A DNA stretch of 32,000 nucleotides from Sinorhizobium meliloti (GCF_017876815.1 NZ_JAGIOS010000002.1:1230001-1262000), one strand, 5' to 3'. Numbered from the stretch's first letter, positions 1 to 9,136 are shown. Program-made: numbers and translations. The notes: generated by a model from the sequence alone, not told the origin.

Positions 1-444
<444 letters not shown>

Positions 445-479
445 AGGGTGCTCCCGAGTTCGAAGGCATATTGACGGCA

Positions 480-1388
480 TCACGGATATTGCACGCCGTT
501 GGTTGCCGTGTAGATGGAATAGAGCGACTGGGTGGCCGTGATGAAGAGGCGGTTCTTCTTGGGGCCGCCGAAGGTGAGGTTCGACACCGTCTGCGGCACG
601 AGGATCTTGCCGAGCAGGGTGCCGTCGGTGTCGAAGCAATGCACTCCGTCGGCAGCACTGCACCAAAGATTTCCCGCTACGTCGAAACGAAAGCCGTCCG
701 GATTGCCGTTGTCGATGGAACAGAAATAGCGGCCGTTTGCGAGGACGCCGTCAGCGGCAACGTCGAAAACGCGGATATGCCTCGGAACCTCGTGCTTTGC
801 AGATCCCGAGTCGGCAATATAAAGCCGCGCCTCGTCCGGCGAGAAGGCGAGCCCGTTCGGCTGGATGAAATCGCGGACGACGGCCTTGATTGCGCCGGAT
901 AGAGGGTCGATCCGATAGACATTGCGTGTCGGCTGTTCCGGTTCCGCTTTGTGGCCTTCATAGTCCGACAGGATGCCGTAGGTTGGATCGGTAAACCAGA
1001 TCGAGCCGTCGGAGTGCACCACGGCGTCGTTCGGCGAGTTGAGCCGCTTTCCTTCATAACTGTCGGCAAGCACGGTGATGCGGCCGTCATGTTCCGTGCG
1101 CGTCACGCGCCGGCCGCCGTGCTCGCAGGAGATCAGGCGGCCCTGGCGGTCGCGCGTGTTGCCGTTCACGTAATTCGAGGGCGAGCGGAAGACGGAAGCG
1201 CCGTCAGGCGTCCAGCGCATCATGCGTTGGTTTGGAATATCGCTCCAGATCAGGCAGTCGAGGTCGGAAAACCAGACCGGCCCTTCCGCCCAGCGGCAGC
1301 CGCGATAAAGTTCTTCGAGCGCTGCGCTGCCAACGATCAGGGAACGGAAACGTTCATCGCGAATGTCGTAGTGCGGGCTGTCTGCCAA
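480..1388 (-). CDS. SMP-30/gluconolactonase/LRE family beta-propeller lactonase
   Basis: 302 aa with family-typical blocks: AEGPVW, NSPNDAVVHSDGSIWFTDP, PNGLAFSPDE..LYIADS, PDGFRFDVAGNLW, LTFGG...LFITA. Confidence 0.9.
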   Translation of the reverse strand: MADSPHYDIRDERFRSLIVGSAALEELYRGCRWAEGPVWFSDLDCLIWSDIPNQRMMRWTPDGASVFRSPSNYVNGNTRDRQGRLISCEHGGRRVTRTEHDGRITVLADSYEGKRLNSPNDAVVHSDGSIWFTDPTYGILSDYEGHKAEPEQPTRNVYRIDPLSGAIKAVVRDFIQPNGLAFSPDEARLYIADSGSAKHEVPRHIRVFDVAADGVLANGRYFCSIDNGNPDGFRFDVAGNLWCSAADGVHCFDTDGTLLGKILVPQTVSNLTFGGPKKNRLFITATQSLYSIYTATNGVQYP

Positions 1389-1596
1389 CGCTCTTCCTCC
1401 ATATCCTGCGAGCCGTCGGCGTGAGGACGCGCGAGTTTCGCCGGCTGTTCTTCTGGCGGCCGCAGGGGGTCCACTTATAGTTCGAGTCCGGCTGATGGAA
1501 CAGGCGATACATCCATCGCCTGCATCGATTTCCTCCCGCAGGGCGATTTGAAGGCTACTTCGCCAGCTCGCTGCGTGACGCGTTCTGTCAAGCCGC

Positions 1597-1622
1597 GGAA
1601 CAACTTCTCAACCCAACGGGTT
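1597..1622 (+). promoter_or_regulatory. candidate EcfG/RpoE2-type (general stress response) promoter GGAAC-N17-GGTT
   Basis: GGAAC at 1597-1601 and GGTT at 1619-1622, about 44 nt upstream of the DUF1236 ATG. The consensus I know is GGAAC-N16/17-CGTT, so the -10 element matches 3 of 4 positions. This rests on a single motif match only. Confidence 0.3.
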
Positions 1623-1665
1623 GTTTGGCGGAAGGGACGTATTTTGCATAACGGGAGAATGCCTG

Positions 1666-2085
1666 ATGAAAGATCTGATCGTCAAAGGTGCCATTGTTCT
1701 GGGTCTCGGGCTCGGCTGCTTTGCTATTCCAGCAGCGGCACAGAGCACGACCAAGAACAGCACCGTGACCGGCGCAGCCGGCGGAGCTGCTGCAGGTGCA
1801 GTCATAGGCGGTCCTGTCGGAGCTGCCGTTGGTGGGGTCGCCGGAGCGGTCGCAGGTGCGGCGCTCGACCCGCCGCCGCCGAAGGTAATCGAGTATGTCG
1901 AGGCGCAGCCGCTTCCGGCAGAGCCGGTCGTCGTTCAACAGGAGATCGTAGTCGGAAAGCCGCTGCCTGAGACGGTGGTGGTCACGCCGATCCCCGACGA
2001 TACGCGCTATGCCTATGCCGTAGTCAACGAGAAGCGCGTCATCGTAGAGCCGAAGAGCCGCACGGTGGTGCAGGTCGTTCAGTAA
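1666..2085 (+). CDS. secreted DUF1236 protein with N-terminal glycine-zipper segment
   Basis: Start at ATG 1666, with GGGAGA about 8 nt upstream. Signal peptide MKDLIVKGAIVLGLGLGCFAIPAAAQS. Gly/Ala zipper GAAGGAAAGAVIGGPVGAAVGGVAGAVAGAA. The C-terminal block ...PLPETVVVTPIPDDTRYAYAVVNEKRVIVEPKSRTVVQVV is typical of DUF1236. Confidence 0.85.
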   Translation: MKDLIVKGAIVLGLGLGCFAIPAAAQSTTKNSTVTGAAGGAAAGAVIGGPVGAAVGGVAGAVAGAALDPPPPKVIEYVEAQPLPAEPVVVQQEIVVGKPLPETVVVTPIPDDTRYAYAVVNEKRVIVEPKSRTVVQVVQ

Positions 2086-2110
2086 ATGACGCGCCTGAAA
2101 TGCGGCGTTC

Positions 2111-2147
2111 GAGCGGGAGAAGCCGCGTAGGCTTTCCTCTCCCGCTC
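2111..2147. terminator. 10-bp-stem hairpin between convergent genes
   Basis: GAGCGGGAGA (2111-2120) pairs perfectly with TCTCCCGCTC (2138-2147) across a 17-nt loop. It lies 26 nt after the DUF1236 stop. There is no clear U-tract. Confidence 0.45.
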
Positions 2148-2160
2148 TGAACCTCAAGCT

Positions 2161-2191
2161 TGCCCGGCGAGTTTCCTAAGCCCGCCGGGCA
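2161..2191. terminator. 9-bp-stem hairpin directly after the TetR-family gene stop
   Basis: TGCCCGGCG (2161-2169) pairs with CGCCGGGCA (2183-2191). It abuts the minus-strand TAG at 2193-2195. Confidence 0.45.
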
Positions 2192-2192
2192 G

Positions 2193-2807
2193 CTATAACG
2201 CCGCGTTTTTCGTCAACACGCCCCAGGCGGCCATTGCGCCGTTTGCGACGTTTTTCAGCGCTTCATAGCTGCCGCCATCGCGCGCGAGGATCGACATTCC
2301 ATGTTGTACCGTCGCATAAAAGGTCGCGATGGCCCCGGCATCCACCCCACCGGGCAACTCGCCTGCAGCAATTGCAGCTTCTAGCCGATGGCGTAGCTTA
2401 TCCATGTTTTCCGTGCGGTGGCGGGTCAACGCTTCGCAGACCGCTTCGGGAATTGCTGCCTGGTGAAGTCCTCCGAGCGCTATCAGGCAGCCGTGCGGGG
2501 TATCCGGCTGAGAATAGGCTTCGGCTGTCGCGAGCAGGAATCCATTGACCGCTTCCCTTGCCGTCGGCGCTGTCTCCAGTGGCGCCCAGATTTCAGTGCC
2601 GACCGTTTGCACGTAGAGCTCCATTGCCTCAAGGTAGAGCGCTTCCTTGCAGCCGAATGCGGCATAGAGGCTGGGCGGATTAATGCCCATGGCAGCGGTC
2701 AGCGCTGTCAGCGACGCGCCCTCGTATCCTTTCTCCCAAAACACCTGCATCGCGCGCATGAGTGCATCGGCACGATCGAAGCTGCGGGGGCGGCCTTTGT
2801 CGGACAT
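2193..2807 (-). CDS. TetR/AcrR family transcriptional regulator
   Basis: 204 aa from ATG 2807 (MSDKGRPRSFDR...). HTH block ASLTALTAAMGINPPSLYAAFGCKEALY. The track ORF runs on to 3605, but that extension is antisense to the SDR gene and is low-complexity. Confidence 0.9.
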   Translation of the reverse strand: MSDKGRPRSFDRADALMRAMQVFWEKGYEGASLTALTAAMGINPPSLYAAFGCKEALYLEAMELYVQTVGTEIWAPLETAPTAREAVNGFLLATAEAYSQPDTPHGCLIALGGLHQAAIPEAVCEALTRHRTENMDKLRHRLEAAIAAGELPGGVDAGAIATFYATVQHGMSILARDGGSYEALKNVANGAMAAWGVLTKNAAL

Positions 2808-2829
2808 AGGATCAACTCTTTTCTGTAGC

Positions 2830-2891
2830 GATCGATAAATATATCGCTTGACAGCTATTGGCAAGCTCGTGCAACGATTTATGTATCGATC
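2830..2891. promoter_or_regulatory. two related palindromic operator candidates in the TetR/SDR divergent promoter
   Basis: GATCGATAAATATATCG (2830-2846) matches the reverse complement of CGATTTATGTATCGATC (2875-2891) at 15 of 17 positions. Each copy contains its own CGATA-N4-TATCG-type palindrome. CTTGAC lies at 2847-2852 between them. Confidence 0.55.
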
Positions 2892-2912
2892 ATTACACAA
2901 TGGAGCTTCCCT

Positions 2913-3659
2913 ATGACATCGACAAGTTTGGCCGGAAAGACCGCTTTCGTTACCGGCGGCAGCAGGGGTATCGGCGCGGCGATTGCCAAGAGACTTGCCC
3001 TGGAAGGGGCGGCGGTGGCGCTTACTTATGTGAACGCAGCTGACCGGGCGCAGGCCGTCGTCTCTGAGATCAAACAGACGGGCGGTCGCGCGGTTGCGAT
3101 CCGTGCCGACAATCGCGACGCCGAAGCCATCGAACAGGCGGTTCGCCAGACTGTCGATACCTTGGGCGGGCTGGACATACTGGTCAACAGCGCAGGTATC
3201 TGGCACTCGGCTCCTTTGGAGGAGACGACTGTCGCCGATTTCGACGAAGTGATGGCGGTCAACTTCCGCGCCCCATTCGTGGCTATCCGTTCGGCGTCCC
3301 GGCATCTCGGTGACGGCGGCAGGGTAATTACGATCGGCAGCAATCTGGCCGAACTGGTTCCCTGGCCGGGGATCAGTCTCTATTCGGCCAGCAAGGCCGC
3401 TCTGATCGGTCTGACGAAAGGCTTGGCTCGTGACCTCGGGCCGCGGGGGATCACCGTCAACATCGTTCATCCAGGCTCGACCGACACCGATATGAACCCG
3501 GCCGGTGGGGACCATGCCGAAGCGCAACGGGAACGCATCGCCACCGGCAGCTACGGTGAACCGCAAGACATCGCCGGCCTCGTCGCCTGGCTGGCGGGGC
3601 CGCAAGGCAAATTCGTCACCGGCGCTTCGCTGACCATCGACGGCGGTGCCAACGCTTAA
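2913..3659 (+). CDS. short-chain dehydrogenase/reductase (classical SDR, FabG-like)
   Basis: 248 aa. Motifs TGGSRGIG, NSAG, and YSASK (YxxxK). GGAG lies 7 nt upstream of the ATG. Confidence 0.92.
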   Translation: MTSTSLAGKTAFVTGGSRGIGAAIAKRLALEGAAVALTYVNAADRAQAVVSEIKQTGGRAVAIRADNRDAEAIEQAVRQTVDTLGGLDILVNSAGIWHSAPLEETTVADFDEVMAVNFRAPFVAIRSASRHLGDGGRVITIGSNLAELVPWPGISLYSASKAALIGLTKGLARDLGPRGITVNIVHPGSTDTDMNPAGGDHAEAQRERIATGSYGEPQDIAGLVAWLAGPQGKFVTGASLTIDGGANA

Positions 3660-3668
3660 TCCCCGATA

Positions 3669-3724
3669 GCCGCGGCCATGGCCACAGTGTCAATAATGCA
3701 TGAGGCCGGACCATGTGCCGCGGC
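3669..3724. terminator. long-range inverted repeat between the convergent SDR and AraC genes
   Basis: GCCGCGGCCATGG (3669-3681) pairs with CCATGTGCCGCGGC (3711-3724) with one bulge. The loop is 29 nt. There is no U-tract. Confidence 0.35.
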
Positions 3725-3731
3725 TCAATCT

Positions 3732-4880
3732 TCATCCTTGAACCGACTTGAGCCAGTCGCCGATCGTAGCCCCACGGTCCCGCTCCGGCGGCGCAACGGG
3801 CGTGGCGAGGCGTTCGGCGGCCGCGGCCTTGCGGATTTCGCGCGGATTCGCTCCGAATTCGTGGCTAAAGGCACGGGTGAAATTCGCGGCAAGGTCGAAG
3901 CCGGCCGCTTCCGCGATCTCCGCGATGGGCCTGTTGTTCGTCGGATCGCTGAGCTCCGCGTAGGCCTGCAGGAGCCGGCGTCTTCGAATATAGTTCAGCA
4001 CGCCGCCGCTCGGCTCGAAAAGCTGATAGAGGCGGGTTCTGGAAATGCCGAGCTCCCGGCATATGGCTTCGGGCGTCAGGTCGCCCGAGTTAAGGTTGAG
4101 ATGGATATATCGGTGCGCCCGCTCCATCACTCCCATTTTCGCCTGGGAACCTCCCGCATCCGGTCTCACCGCCGCCACGCAGGCAACGACCATGTCGCGT
4201 ATCGTGCGAACGATACGTGGCACTTCTTCCACGGTGATGTTGCCGAGGTTTTCTTCCATGCCGTTGATATAGTTGGCGAGCAGGCCGGCGAGGCTGCCGA
4301 ACAAGACCGAATTGTTAGCGCCTTCGAGCTTGCCCGCATCGTCCGCAAGCAGTTCATAGGGCATGAAGAGAAGGATCGATGCGGCATCCGTCATCCGCCC
4401 ACGATAGGGATAGCCGAGCGACCGGAAGAAAAACTCTCCCGGTCCCGTCTCGGTGACGCGGCGGTCGGCTTCGGTCCATGACCGGCCGCTGCGAAAGAGG
4501 CCGACGTTCCAATGGTCGATCGGGCTCGAGCGCAACATCGTCTGGGAGCGCTCGTAACTATGTGCCGGCGTCACCTGTTGAACGATCAGCAAATCGCCGA
4601 GATGCCATCCGGTCAGCTCCGCCGGGAAGCCGTCCTCTTCGGACACCCCGTCGGGCAAGCGCACCTCCACGAGCGGCGCCATATGCGCACGCCAGGATCT
4701 GAATTGCTCTTGCGGCGGCAGATCACGCGTCGAGAATCGCGAAGGTACGAGCGCCGGTGACCTTTCGGATAAACGGTCCTTTCGAGCTGTTGGATCGCGC
4801 GGCCAACGGCGCCGCTCCATATGGGCAGGCCAAGCCGGAATTTCGACGGGGTCATCTCCTGATCCGGAGTCCTTCGTCAT
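3732..4880 (-). CDS. cuxR: AraC-family activator, CuxR-like (c-di-GMP-responsive regulator of the adjacent polysaccharide operon)
   Basis: 382 aa from ATG 4880, with GGGAGA 5 nt upstream. C-terminal bipartite AraC HTH: LTPEAICRELGISRTRLYQLF and IAEIAEAAGFDLAANFTRAFSHEFGANPREIR. The Arg-rich N-terminus carries RxxxR motifs. Its position divergent from uxs1 matches S. meliloti SMb20457. Confidence 0.85.
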   Translation of the reverse strand: MTKDSGSGDDPVEIPAWPAHMERRRWPRDPTARKDRLSERSPALVPSRFSTRDLPPQEQFRSWRAHMAPLVEVRLPDGVSEEDGFPAELTGWHLGDLLIVQQVTPAHSYERSQTMLRSSPIDHWNVGLFRSGRSWTEADRRVTETGPGEFFFRSLGYPYRGRMTDAASILLFMPYELLADDAGKLEGANNSVLFGSLAGLLANYINGMEENLGNITVEEVPRIVRTIRDMVVACVAAVRPDAGGSQAKMGVMERAHRYIHLNLNSGDLTPEAICRELGISRTRLYQLFEPSGGVLNYIRRRRLLQAYAELSDPTNNRPIAEIAEAAGFDLAANFTRAFSHEFGANPREIRKAAAAERLATPVAPPERDRGATIGDWLKSVQG

Positions 4881-5237
4881 GCAACTCTCCCGCGAAATGG
4901 ATTGCCCGTTTGGGTGAGCCCAAACGAGCGATTATCCGGGCGTCGAATCTGTCCCACTCTGGCGTAACTCGCCTCGGGGTGGAATCGAATCGGCGAGGCA
5001 CACCTTCCAGTTTCCAGTTTATACCCCTTTATATGTAGAAATGCACGGCGGGATAACAATCGGGATTGGGTGATAATGACAATTCCCATCCGCTGGTTGT
5101 ATTAAATACCTACAGTTATTCCAAGCATTGCCGAAAATTAAATAAGGTAGTTTCGAACGGTAAAATTTCGATCACCAATTTATTGTGCCTGCTGTGGATG
5201 AATTTTAGAAGTTAGCAGATAGTGTGAGGAATATTCC
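4881..5237. promoter_or_regulatory. divergent cuxR/uxs1 control region with a pronounced AT-rich island
   Basis: 357-bp gap. I counted 40 G+C in the 120 nt of 5101-5220 (33%). It contains several short direct repeats and one hairpin, detailed in the findings. Confidence 0.7.
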
Positions 5238-6284
5238 GTGAACTATTTCAGAAATGACTTCAGGGGAACTCTCTTCGGCGCGGATTACGCTACAGATTCA
5301 TTGCGGCGTCGGAGCAATCAAAAGAGAATACTTGTTACCGGCGGTGCCGGATTCCTGGGCTCGCATCTTTGCGAGTTGCTTCTCGGCGCCGGGCACGAGG
5401 TCATCTGCCTCGACAATTTCTCCACAGGCCTGAGGCGCAATATCGCGCCGCTCACGCGCTTCGATACCTTCCGCGTCGTAGCCCACGACGTCGTGGAGCC
5501 GATCGACCTCGAGGTTGACGAAATCTATAACCTCGCCTGCCCGGCATCGCCGCCGCATTACCAGGCAGACCCGATCCAGACGACGAAAACCTGCGTGATC
5601 GGCTCGCTCAACCTCCTCGATCTGGCCGCGCGTCGTGGCGCACGAATCTTCCAGGCGTCCACATCGGAAATCTACGGCGACCCGCACGTCCACCCGCAGG
5701 TGGAGAGCTATTGGGGTAACGTCAATCCCTTTGGCCCGCGCTCCTGCTATGACGAGGGCAAGCGTTGCGCAGAGACCCTGTTCTTCGACTTCCACAAGTC
5801 CCATGGGGTCGCAATCAAGATCGTTCGTATCTTCAACACCTACGGTCCGCGGATGCGCCCGGATGACGGCCGTGTCGTTTCCAACTTCATCGTCCAGGCC
5901 CTGAAAGGTGAGGACATCACGATCTACGGCGACGGCTCGCAGACTCGTTCCTTCTGTTTCGTCGACGACCTGATCGACGGCTTCATCCGCCTGATGGCGT
6001 CGCCGCCGTCGCTTACCGGCCCGGTCAATCTCGGCAATCCGGCAGAGTTCACGATCGGCGAACTCGCCGAAGAGGTGATCCGGTTGACCGGCTCGCGCTC
6101 GAAGATCGTCCGGCGGCCCCTGCCTGTCGACGATCCCCGCCAGCGCCGCCCCGACATCTCGCTCGCGACGGAAGAGCTCGGTTGGCGTCCGAAGGTCAAT
6201 TTGGCCGAGGGCCTTGCGCACACGATCCGTTATTTCGACGACCTTCTCTCCCGGTCGATACGGCAAAACGCGGAGCTGGTCTGA
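5238..6284 (+). CDS. uxs1: UDP-glucuronate decarboxylase (UDP-xylose synthase)
   Basis: 348 aa. GTG start with GAGGA 7 nt upstream. Motifs [22 protein letters not shown] (YxxxK), and the NTYGPRM...DGRVVSNF block typical of UXS enzymes. Confidence 0.92.
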   Translation: MNYFRNDFRGTLFGADYATDSLRRRSNQKRILVTGGAGFLGSHLCELLLGAGHEVICLDNFSTGLRRNIAPLTRFDTFRVVAHDVVEPIDLEVDEIYNLACPASPPHYQADPIQTTKTCVIGSLNLLDLAARRGARIFQASTSEIYGDPHVHPQVESYWGNVNPFGPRSCYDEGKRCAETLFFDFHKSHGVAIKIVRIFNTYGPRMRPDDGRVVSNFIVQALKGEDITIYGDGSQTRSFCFVDDLIDGFIRLMASPPSLTGPVNLGNPAEFTIGELAEEVIRLTGSRSKIVRRPLPVDDPRQRRPDISLATEELGWRPKVNLAEGLAHTIRYFDDLLSRSIRQNAELV

Positions 6285-7270
6285 TGGTTGCGCCACGTAT
6301 CCTCGTCACCGGTGGCGCCGGCTATATCGGCAGTCACACCGCGAAGCTTCTGCGTTTGGAGGGCATCGAGCCCGTCGTTTTCGACAATCTGACGACTGGA
6401 AACCGTTCCGCCGTGCGCTGGGGACCATTCGTTCAGGGAGATATCGTGGACGGGCGGCACCTGATCGAGGTCATCGAGGCCTATCAGCCGGACGCCGTCA
6501 TCCACTTCGCCGCATCCGCCTATGTCGGCGAATCCGTCGCCGATCCCGCGAAATACTACAACAACAACGTCCGCGGCACGCTGTCGCTCCTCGATGCATG
6601 TCGCCAGACGGGTGTCGACAAGGTGATCTTCTCATCGAGCTGCGCCACCTATGGCGTACCGGCGGTACTGCCCATCGACGAAGCGACGCCGCAGGCACCG
6701 ATCAACCCCTATGGTAAGACGAAACTGGTGGCCGAGCACATGCTCGCCGACTATGCGGCCGCCTTTGCGCTGAATTATGTTTCGCTGCGCTATTTCAACG
6801 CATGTGGCGCTGATCCTGAGGGTGACCTCGGCGAATGGCACGACCCGGAAACGCACCTCATTCCGCGGGCGCTCATGGCCGCGGCAGGCAGGATTCCGCA
6901 TCTGGAGATTTTCGGCGAGGACTACGATACCCCGGACGGAACCTGCGTACGCGACTATATCCACGTTGCCGATCTTGCGAGCGCTCATGTGCTGGCATAC
7001 CGGCATCTCGCCAAGGGCGGCGGGAACGTCGCGCTCAACCTCGGTACCGGGCGCGGATTCTCAATAAAGGAAGTCCTGCGAACGATCGGCGAAATCACCG
7101 GGCATGACGTCCCGGTCGTGTTTCGCCGCCGTCGTGCCGGAGATCCGCCGGCTCTCTATGCGGATGCCGGGCTTGCTTGCCGGACGCTCGGCTTCCTGCC
7201 GCGATATTCCGATCTCGAGACGATCGTGCGAACGGCGGCCCCATTCTTCGGGCTGGAGGTGCGGTCATGA
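6284..7270 (+). CDS. uxe: GalE-family UDP-sugar 4-epimerase (UDP-xylose/UDP-arabinose 4-epimerase)
   Basis: 328 aa from ATG 6284, which overlaps the uxs1 TGA (ATGA-type coupling). Motifs GGAGYIGSH, SSSCATYG, YGKTK. The upstream part of the track ORF lies inside uxs1. Confidence 0.9.
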   Translation: MVAPRILVTGGAGYIGSHTAKLLRLEGIEPVVFDNLTTGNRSAVRWGPFVQGDIVDGRHLIEVIEAYQPDAVIHFAASAYVGESVADPAKYYNNNVRGTLSLLDACRQTGVDKVIFSSSCATYGVPAVLPIDEATPQAPINPYGKTKLVAEHMLADYAAAFALNYVSLRYFNACGADPEGDLGEWHDPETHLIPRALMAAAGRIPHLEIFGEDYDTPDGTCVRDYIHVADLASAHVLAYRHLAKGGGNVALNLGTGRGFSIKEVLRTIGEITGHDVPVVFRRRRAGDPPALYADAGLACRTLGFLPRYSDLETIVRTAAPFFGLEVRS

Positions 7271-9132
7271 CCGTCCTTTCCACCAATGGACCGACGCGCA
7301 TTTCCGAGGACGGTGAGCCGCGGCTCGTACCTGTGCTCACGCGCGAACGCCGGATGGAATTTTTGCTCGGCGCAGGGCTCTGGGTAGCAGCGCTCGTCCA
7401 TTTTTGGGCCTGGTGGCTGGAGCCGCGCCATCACGTGGACGCCTTGGGCAGTACCATCGTGACCGCGGTCCTTGCCTGGGTCACGCTGCTGCCGGCCTAT
7501 TTCATCGCCGTCTTTTATGGCGCGCGGAAACCAAACGGACCGTTGCGGCTCCCGGCCGGCAGTCGCATCGCCATGGTCGTCACCAAGGCCCCGTCGGAAC
7601 CGTTTTCGGTCGTGGCTGAGACATTGGAGGCGATGCTTGCGCAGGACGTGCCGCACGACACCTGGCTTGCCGACGAGGATCCGTCTGAGGCGACGCTCGA
7701 CTGGTGCCGCAGCCATGGCGTCCTCGTCTCCACCCGCAAAGGCCGGGCAGACTATCACCGGACCACTTGGCCACGGCGCACGCGCTGCAAGGAGGGCAAT
7801 CTCGCCTTCTTCTATGATCACTACGGTTATGACCGGTACGACTTCGTGGCTCAGCTCGACGCCGACCATGTCCCCGCACCCGGTTACCTCTTCGAAATGC
7901 TACGCCCCTTTGCCGACCCGGCAGTAGGTTACGTTTCCGCGCCCAGCATCTGCAACCGCAACGCTTCCGCGAGTTGGTCGGCGCGCGGGCGCCTCGACGC
8001 GGAGGCGAGCATGCACGGCGCTCTTCAGGCCGGCTATAATGGCGGGCTCGCACCGCTTTGCATCGGCTCACACTATGCGGTGCGCACGGCCGCACTCAAG
8101 GAGATCGGCGGTCTCGGCCCGGAGCTTGCCGAAGACCATTCGACGACATTGATGATGAATGCGGGAGGCTGGCGCGGCATTCACGCACTCGACGCGATCG
8201 CCCATGGCGACGGACCGCGCACCTTTGCCGACCTGGTGACCCAGGAGTTCCAGTGGTCGCGTAGTCTCGTCATGCTCCTGCTGCAGTATTCGCCGCGTCT
8301 CGTTGGCCGGCTGCCGCTGCGACTGAAGTTCCAGTTCCTCTTCTCGCAGCTCTGGTATCCGCTCTTCGCGTGCTTCATGGCGCTGATGTTTGCAATGCCG
8401 ATCGTCGCCCTTGCACGCGGCGAGACCTTTGTCGCTGTGACCTATCCGGAGTTTCTGGCCTATTTCGCGCCGCTTTCGATCATCCTCGTCCTGCTAGCCT
8501 ATCGCTGGCGGGCAACCGGCGCCTTTCGGCCTTACGACGCAAAGATCCTGAGCTGGGAGTGCATGCTCTTCCTCTTTGCGCGCTGGCCGTGGGCACTTGC
8601 CGGTACGCTGGCCGCCTTGCGCGACTGGATCACCGGGTCCTTCGTGGATTTCCGTGTCACGCCAAAGGGATCATCCGAGGTCGACCCGCTGCCCCTGCGC
8701 GTGCTCGCGCCCTACTTCTTCCTGGCGGTTGCCGCTGTCCTGCCTGTCCTTTTCGTCGACGATGCCGCGAACGCCAAGGGGTTCTACCTCTTTGCGATTC
8801 TCAATGCGGCAATTTACTGCCTCCTTCTGCTGGTCATCGTCCTGCGGCATTCGAGGGAGAACGCCGTTGGCACCACCTCCCGTTTCTATCGCCCCGCAAT
8901 AGGGGCCGGGCTCCTGGCGATCGTCGCACTGCCCGGCATCGCGACGGCCGAACACGGGAAGGAGGGGCTCGAGGCACTCGCATGGGGCAGTGGGCACCTG
9001 CGCCTCTTCGAAGAGCGCTATGCGGTGGCCGGAGCCGGCCAGGGCGGTACGGCATTGCGAAAGATCGTCTTCCGTCCACGCTGGATTTCCGCCCCGGCGG
9101 AACAGCGGGACGGCAATTTAGAGAGGGGATAG
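7267..9132 (+). CDS. apsS: processive family-2 glycosyltransferase, cellulose-synthase-like polysaccharide synthase
   Basis: 621 aa from ATG 7267 (ATGA overlap with uxe). Two N-terminal and about six C-terminal hydrophobic segments. GT2 motifs LADED, QLDADH, ELAEDH and QEFQWSRS, the last sitting in the QxxRW position. Confidence 0.88.
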   Translation: MTVLSTNGPTRISEDGEPRLVPVLTRERRMEFLLGAGLWVAALVHFWAWWLEPRHHVDALGSTIVTAVLAWVTLLPAYFIAVFYGARKPNGPLRLPAGSRIAMVVTKAPSEPFSVVAETLEAMLAQDVPHDTWLADEDPSEATLDWCRSHGVLVSTRKGRADYHRTTWPRRTRCKEGNLAFFYDHYGYDRYDFVAQLDADHVPAPGYLFEMLRPFADPAVGYVSAPSICNRNASASWSARGRLDAEASMHGALQAGYNGGLAPLCIGSHYAVRTAALKEIGGLGPELAEDHSTTLMMNAGGWRGIHALDAIAHGDGPRTFADLVTQEFQWSRSLVMLLLQYSPRLVGRLPLRLKFQFLFSQLWYPLFACFMALMFAMPIVALARGETFVAVTYPEFLAYFAPLSIILVLLAYRWRATGAFRPYDAKILSWECMLFLFARWPWALAGTLAALRDWITGSFVDFRVTPKGSSEVDPLPLRVLAPYFFLAVAAVLPVLFVDDAANAKGFYLFAILNAAIYCLLLLVIVLRHSRENAVGTTSRFYRPAIGAGLLAIVALPGIATAEHGKEGLEALAWGSGHLRLFEERYAVAGAGQGGTALRKIVFRPRWISAPAEQRDGNLERG

Positions 9133-9136
9133 GAAC

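Noticed and set aside
2859-2873. Sigma-54-like TGGCAA-N-TGCA in the TetR/SDR intergenic region
   Set aside because: The GG-to-GC spacing is one base short of the fixed -24/-12 spacing, and no enhancer-binding protein gene is nearby.
2808-3605. N-terminal 266-aa extension of the TetR ORF in the track
   Set aside because: The extension is antisense to the well-supported SDR gene and has no motifs. The TetR HTH begins right after the internal ATG at 2807, which leaves a sensible divergent promoter.
3678-4481. 267-aa plus-strand ORF and several smaller ORFs overlapping cuxR
   Set aside because: They are antisense or out of frame to the AraC gene, show no family similarity, and have low-complexity composition.
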